Source: Amoebophrya sp. A120
Taxonomy: Eukaryota > Protista > Dinoflagellata
DNA: 64,000 nucleotides
NCBI GenBank assembly: GCA_905178155.1
Contig: CAJINV010000001.1
Span: 62,001 to 126,000 of the forward strand
Reading direction: 5' to 3'
Part shown: positions 57,701-64,000 of the stretch, piece by piece
Layout of the letters: each line of letters begins with the position of its first letter
Position numbering within the stretch: position 1 is the stretch's first letter
Notes under the pieces: generated by a model
Told to the model about the DNA's origin: nothing
What the model saw: only the letters and a program-made list of their open reading frames with translations
Databases searched by the model: none
Position numbers and translations under genes: made by a program

Positions 57701-60700
57701 GAAAACCTGAACTACATCCGAGGCCCTGCTGCAACTCCAGTGCCAGCACGACCTGCTGCTGGTGCAGACGAGAATCAAGCAAAGTCTCTGCCGTGCTCGA
57801 ATGAGAATCTCAATCTTGATAACGACACGCACCAAGACCTCAACCGCAAGCAGGGCTTTGCGTCCTCGTCGTCTGAAGATCAAGATGCTAACGCAAAAGT
57901 GGAGCATCATGTTGCTTCTTTGTCTTGTTCTCTGCCTGCTGCATCTAGTTCTAGCACAGCGAGTGTTACAATGAAAGCGGAACAAGAAGATGCCGACGCG
58001 TCGAAGAAACCACATCCAGGAGAACTTCAGGAGACACTTGTTGCTGCGGATCACGATTTTTGCTGCAACTCAACGACCGTGTGCGGATCTCCAACGCTGT
58101 CAGCTTCGGGAGTAGAGGTTCCGCCAGCTTCCTCCCCGCAAGTAGGAACGTGGTCGGACGAAGGTGCTCTCGTAGAGCAGCAGCCGGTGGACGATGTTGA
58201 AAAAACGGCGGGAAAATCTTCTTCTGCGCATGATCACAATCTCGTTTGTGACCAGCATTCTGCAGATGAAACTTCAGCTGTGAGCAGCACGACCTGCGAG
58301 GCTGCTGTGGCGGTAGAACAAGTTGTTCCGCCTTCTTTTGATTCGTCAACTAGAACAGGCTGCGAAAGTGTTCTGAAACAAGCCGACGAGAGCAGAGCGA
58401 GCAGCCGCACCAGCGACAAAGCAGAAGCGAAGAACACTGCAACCACTTGGCTTCCTCCTGGCTCCTGTGGAGGTCTGGAACAAAGTGCTGCTTCTTCACT
58501 TCCAAAAAACGACTTTTTTCCCGGCAATCATGACGCTCCTGGCGCTCAAAATAAATACGACCAGGGGATGAAGATGAACTTGAACGTCGTGAAAACAGAA
58601 TCTTTCTCAAACATTAAACCTGCAACCTCTGACGCTGACCTTTGGGCCTCTGCTTTTTGCGCGAGCCCGAGAAACAATAAAGGTTCAGCGAACAACGCCC
58701 AGAGTTCCTTCGCGTCGTGGACCGCACTGGGGAGGCAGGTCGGCAGCGGACTAACGCAAGCTGCAAGGGAGAAGGAGCGGAAGAATAGGGAGAACGAGGC
58801 TCGTCCTGGTGTTGAGAAGAACGCAGTCGACACCTCGTGCTCCGGGAAGGCACCTCCCGTTGTGGGAAGTGGCAGCACGACGAGAAAACAGGCAGTGGCA
58901 GTTACACTTCGCGAAGTACCTGTTGCAGGGACGGTGGTCGAAACTGCCTTGCAGGCAAAAGGTGCTTCGCAAAACGAAAAGGCAAAACAAGGAAGCTGTC
59001 TTGAGAAAGCGAGCGAATATTTTCTTGAAGAGGCTGCGACAAGCGAAAGCAACACGGCGACGTGTGCAGCTGCAACTTCCAGAGAGAAAGCAAACGCGGC
59101 GAAAGCGGAGGAAAAAAACAGAAAGCCCTGCCCTGACGACGACGCTTCGGCTTCTGAGAAGAAGAACAAACTTGCCTCTATTTCAAAGGTTCACGACGTC
59201 CGGTACGACCTCGTGGCACATCCGGGCGAGGTGATGACTTTAGGCTCCGGCGCACGACCCATGGTTAATACTGGAGCTCGGGTGGAAGTGGAGGCCACTG
59301 CGCAGCAGGAGATGAAGGCGGGAGCCGTTCCACAAGAAAATGAGCAGCGGCAGCAGTCAGCGCCGTCAGAAAAAGTTGTAAACAAAGACAAAGTACCACC
59401 CTCTACTTCTGCAGCTGAGCCTGGTGCTGGTATCATCTCTACTGAGAAGTGTGCCGCGACTTCTTGTTGTGCCGCAACGCGGGCTCCGTCGACGGCTCGG
59501 TCTTGCTCGAGAAATTTCAAGCAGCGCAAAAGGAGACCGAGCAAAGAGAAAGAGGCTTATTTTTCCAGAGAAGTAGAGCCGTCCTTGGTGGTCGATGGGC
59601 AAGTAGCACAAGCAGGAAACACGCGTTCTCAATACGAGCAGATGAACAATGGATCTGCCAAGACGAGAACAAGCAAAAGTTTCAACACGAAAAACCATAA
59701 GACGAGAACAGCAAGCGGGGCGGAAAGCAGAGCAAGCAAAAAAAGGAAAGATGATCCCGAAGCGAAAGCAGACGCGTCGCCGTTGCGGTTGCCAAATCAC
59801 GAAAAGTACGATACCGATGAGGACTCACCACTAGAATCCAGCTATTATTCGTCCGACGATGTTGAAGTGGACTCTTTTTCTTCCTCTGCCCAGCGATCGC
59901 GATCTTGGTCCTCTGAGTATTGCAGCAGTCGAGACGATGACGGGGTTGTAGTGGAACAAGCATCAAGTTCAAGAGTGGAGAAAAACCAGCGTCTTGATTC
60001 ATCTCCATCTGGCGAAGATCTTCGTCCACGTCCTGCAACGAATTTTGGTGAGAAAAGTGAACAACAGCGCAAGCACAGCGACGCGCATGTTGAAGTTGGA
60101 GCAGCTCCTCATGATCTCCCTTCTGTCGGCCCTAGTAAAGAAGAGGACGCGTCAAAAAGTAAGATTCAGACGGAGAAGATTCCTATCAAGTCGCACCAAG
60201 AGCAAGAAACTGAAATCCAGCACTCGCTCCGTCTGCCAAATTTGAACGGAAGTGATAAGCGTCGTCGCAGCGTTGCTTCCTCCCAGCGCGAGAAGGAACC
60301 TATTCTGGATTCCACCCGCGAGCCGCCTTCTTCTCGGCAGAAGGATCGGATAAAGCTAGAGCCTGCACCAGCACACAATGTTGAAAATGAGGGTGGACGA
60401 CGACCTGCTTCAAGCGATTTCGAGGACAATAAAGGTGATGAGGGGAGGACTAAAGCTGAAAGGAACAAAGAATGCGGCAACCAAGTTGAAAGAAATCATG
60501 TACAGGATTTGCCGGCAAGTCGACCACGACGGCGCGGAGGTAGAGGCGGGCGAGGCGGCGCTAAAAATGAAGGCCGTCACCATGAGGTTCGTGGACACTC
60601 GCGACCACGAGAAGCAGGTCGATCGAAAAATCATCATCTCCACCGCGGAACGAGAAGCGATAATCGACAAAGGAGTGCAGTTTGCGGCGCTGCTAAAGAT

Positions 60701-62424
60701 GAAAAACACAAAAACAAGCTGCAAGTCGAGTCGCGTAAAACAAAAACCCGGTACGATGATCAAGATGATCTTCTTCTTCATCCCCAGAGGTCGTGGAAGC
60801 TGAATGAGGACCAAAAGACGCTGATGAGCACGGACAAGGATCATGTTGTTTCATCTCTTCGTAGGACGAGACGAGCGAGCCGTAGCAGGAGCGGGCGGCG
60901 TGGCGACCACAGGTGGAGTGCTGGTCGTGGGGACTCCACGGGTACGAAGAAGCGGAAAGCGAGAAACGCCTTGGATTTACTGCAAGGAACGAGAGCTGTT
61001 GCGGGAGCTGGCGGTGAAGAACTGCATAAGAATCGCACGACTAGCAGTCGTGTTTACAAGAACTCAACAAGACCTAAATCGAGACACTTTGAGCTCGAGG
61101 ATCGAGATGAAGACAGTTGTGAGCAGCGCCACCTGAAGCCCGCCACCTCCTCCTGCGCATCCAAATTGGACACGCCCAACAACTTAAAACACCGCTCGAA
61201 ACGCAGCGGTCGCGGAGGTGCACAAAAAAGCAGGAAAAGAACTAAAGATTCTGCCAGTTGTAGCAGCGATGGGGAAAGCACTCCTGGATATGAAGATAAG
61301 CGGGCTGATGTGATTGACCGGCGCAAAAAACGAAAAAGAAGCCAGCGTGACGGCGGTTCTTGCAAAATGATCGCCACGTCTTTGGACCGGCGAAGAAAAA
61401 GCAGTGACCAAAGTAGCAGCTTGAGCTCCTCAAGAAGTCGAAATGAAAAAAGCGACATACTTTCCTCCTCAGAAGATGAAGATTATGACGTCGATGATGG
61501 CCGTAATAAAGTAGCAAGCCGAAAACAAGGTCAAGTTGTCGATCTGAAGAACAAGCATGAAGACAGGAAACGCTTGGCAATAAAACCTGTCCGGAAAGTG
61601 AAAATTATTAGGGCACACGACAAGCAAAAGCGCGAAGAAAAAGCGGAAGAAGATGAAGATGATGCTTCCGAAAAAAAGCAAAAGCACGGACTACGGGGCG
61701 GGAAAACGAAAATCAAAAGAGCAGAACAACGGCAACGGGTCGAGGACAAGAGCGTGAATTTCGGTAGCATCATTCTGAAGCGAAACAAGAATCGCAATCC
61801 CACACCTCCAGTTGTGCAGCTGCGTAAGAACAAACACACTGCTACGCCCGTCGGTGCTGGGGCAAGAGATGAAGAACGACGGCGCAAGAGATCCAGGTCG
61901 ACGTCTTCATCAGCGGAGGATCAAGATCATCACGATGCGGTCGGAAAGCAGCATTCGAGAGGAGCTGTCGTGGTACAAAGTCATTAAAATGGTTTTTAAG
62001 CAGGATTACTACTACTAGCCACGAACTTCTTCGCATTTATTGCGGCTTCGTTCATTCTTTAGCCATTAAAAAATGTAGATATACGCAGCGCGGTTGCGTC
62101 GATAGTCAGTGTTAGAAATGGGATTAGATATTGATGCGCCCCGACGTGGAAGGAAGAGACACTGCACAACCTTCTGGAAAAATAGAGCAAGAATCTGAAC
62201 ATCAGGAACCATCTTTGACTTTGACTTTTCAGGTGAAGCGAGGTCCTGGCAACATGATACGCAGCAGCGATCCACCGGTTCTTCTTGAAGAGGTAGCTGA
62301 GCCTAAAGGTCCCCCGCAAGAAAAGGAGAAGGAGGACGCGGAAGCGGTAGAAGTGAGTCCCATTACGCCCCATGAAGATTCCGCACAAAAACGCCTCCGG
62401 AAGGCTGTAAGTTCGGACAAGTAA
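54765..62424 (+). CDS. Very large (~2380 aa) mostly low-complexity/disordered protein with Arg/Ser/Lys-rich C-terminus; exons ~54765-55589, 55841-61972, 62233-62424
   Basis: A 2092-aa ORF is flanked by phase-0 GT-AG introns (55590-55840, 61973-62232) linking it to the adjacent ORFs; no introners in this gene. Confidence 0.75.
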
Positions 62425-64000
62425 GAGATGACAGACGGGAGTGCTGATGCAGCTGTGGTCTAGTACTACAACTGCTTCTCTTTCTGATCAATCTCCGCGA
62501 GCAGAGGCATCCGCGTTTCTGTGTTGCTTTGGTTTGCCGACCTTGACGATCTTGATTAGCTTCGACTTGTTTCTGCTTCCTTTCTACGACACAACATAGA
62601 GGAAGAACGAATCCCCCGGAAAACGAAATAAAAAGTGCTGCGCCAACCCTTCTTGTTGAGTTCGTTGCGGGTGCTTTTGGTTTTATATTTATTTTTGACT
62701 CAGATTCATCACGTGAACAAAATTGAAACGACTAGCTACAAATTAACCCCCGAGCTACAACCGCGTACTGAATTTCATTTTCATAGAATTTGAACCCAGG
62801 ACGGCAATTATGATGTTCTGCAACAGCTTTAATAGCTCTTTGAGTCAGCGTGAACCGCCGCCCTGGCCCGCATTGGCAAGATACTGACGGGCCACCTTGT
62901 GGCGGTACTACCAGAATGCTATACACGACCTTCTTTTTCAAAACTGTATCTAAAGTAAAAAACGAACATAGCCAAGATGAAATGAAGATTTCCTTATTTT
63001 CTGAAAAATTCGTAATCACCCCCGGCGAGCTTGTTCTATGTCAGTACTTTTGTCAGTGTCCGCATGGATAATTATGGCGATGGGAACGCATCACATCAAG
63101 TTTGACGGGGAATCGATGTCGATGCTTGTCCACTTCTATCATGAGGGCAACCGCAACCTGTGGTCACCCTATAATTTCTTCGACACTAATTGACCCCACA
63201 TTTGGGTACATCATCAATTAACATTCTTTGGAGAGTCTAGTTCACTAATGGACCACAGCCAGCACTTCAACTTCTCGACGACAAATACATACGTAGCTAA
63301 ATTCTTCTTACTTACATATTCTGACGAAACAGGAGCCTGCCAGCGGTCGTTCTGAGCAGTACACGACGAGGGCTCCAGTGTATCTTTCTTTCCAACTACA
63401 GCTGCTGAAGATCTTCGAGCTTCTTCTCCTCTATCTTTCTCACTACGTACCAACCAAAATTCTGCTGGACTTTGTTCACCTCATAAAAAAAATCACCTGT
63501 ACACTACAATCAGATAATTGGTCCCTCTCAGCCATGCGATGTGCTGGCGACAAAACAACAGAACCAGACGGACCTCTGATGACCAAAATGTATCACGACG
63601 CCGTGCGATTGCGAATGATGAAGAGCATTATGTATAAGACGTCGGTTGTTCTCTTTTCTTCCGGTTGCAGCAGCAGCGACAATCTGAATCTTGTCCAAGT
63701 CGTCGTCCATTTTGGCTTCACATACACATGAACCCATATTGGTGTAGTCGTTTTTAGTTGGCGGCGCGCGTCACCTAAACCATAATATTCTGAAGACGAG
63801 ATCCACAATCATGATGCAACTTGATGTCAATGTGTTGGAACGGGCATCAAGGATGGTACTAGAAAAACGTTTATCGTTTTTTTTATGAAAGATTGACGAC
63901 AAAGATCTCTCTTAAAAAGCCTCGCGATCCTCTGCACCTGCACCAGGTTTTCTTGCAGCGCATGGTTTTGACTTCCTTCATGTGCCTGTGGGACGCAGCG

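Noticed and set aside
62700-64000. Possible exons near the window end
   Set aside because: Short ORFs on both strands with no recognisable product.

Overview
This is eukaryotic, intron-rich genomic DNA. Its gene style and invasive inverted-repeat introns resemble those described in the parasitic dinoflagellate Amoebophrya; that assignment is an inference from sequence style. At least 8 plus-strand protein genes can be reconstructed, including mitochondrial-type ribosomal protein bL19 and an aspartyl/asparaginyl beta-hydroxylase-like 2OG dioxygenase. Seven of them are interrupted by 17 transposon-like non-GT-AG 'introner' insertions. Sixteen have terminal inverted repeats (TIRs) starting TAT and ending ATA/ACA, with 5-bp target-site duplications (TSDs). 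One is an Ac/hAT-like foldback element with an 8-bp TSD. Removing each element plus one TSD copy rejoins the reading frame. The standout feature is a ~12.2-kb, apparently intact tyrosine-recombinase (YR) retrotransposon at 34255-46411. It has split direct repeats (A1...B1-A2-B2), two extra 5' ORFs, an apparently intron-containing zinc-knuckle gag, YR upstream of pol, and a pol with RT-RNaseH, a degenerate methyltransferase-like domain and a C-terminal macrodomain. It sits inside an introner, which itself sits inside the hydroxylase gene. Several GC-rich tandem and foldback repeat arrays are also present. All calls were made by eye without database searches.
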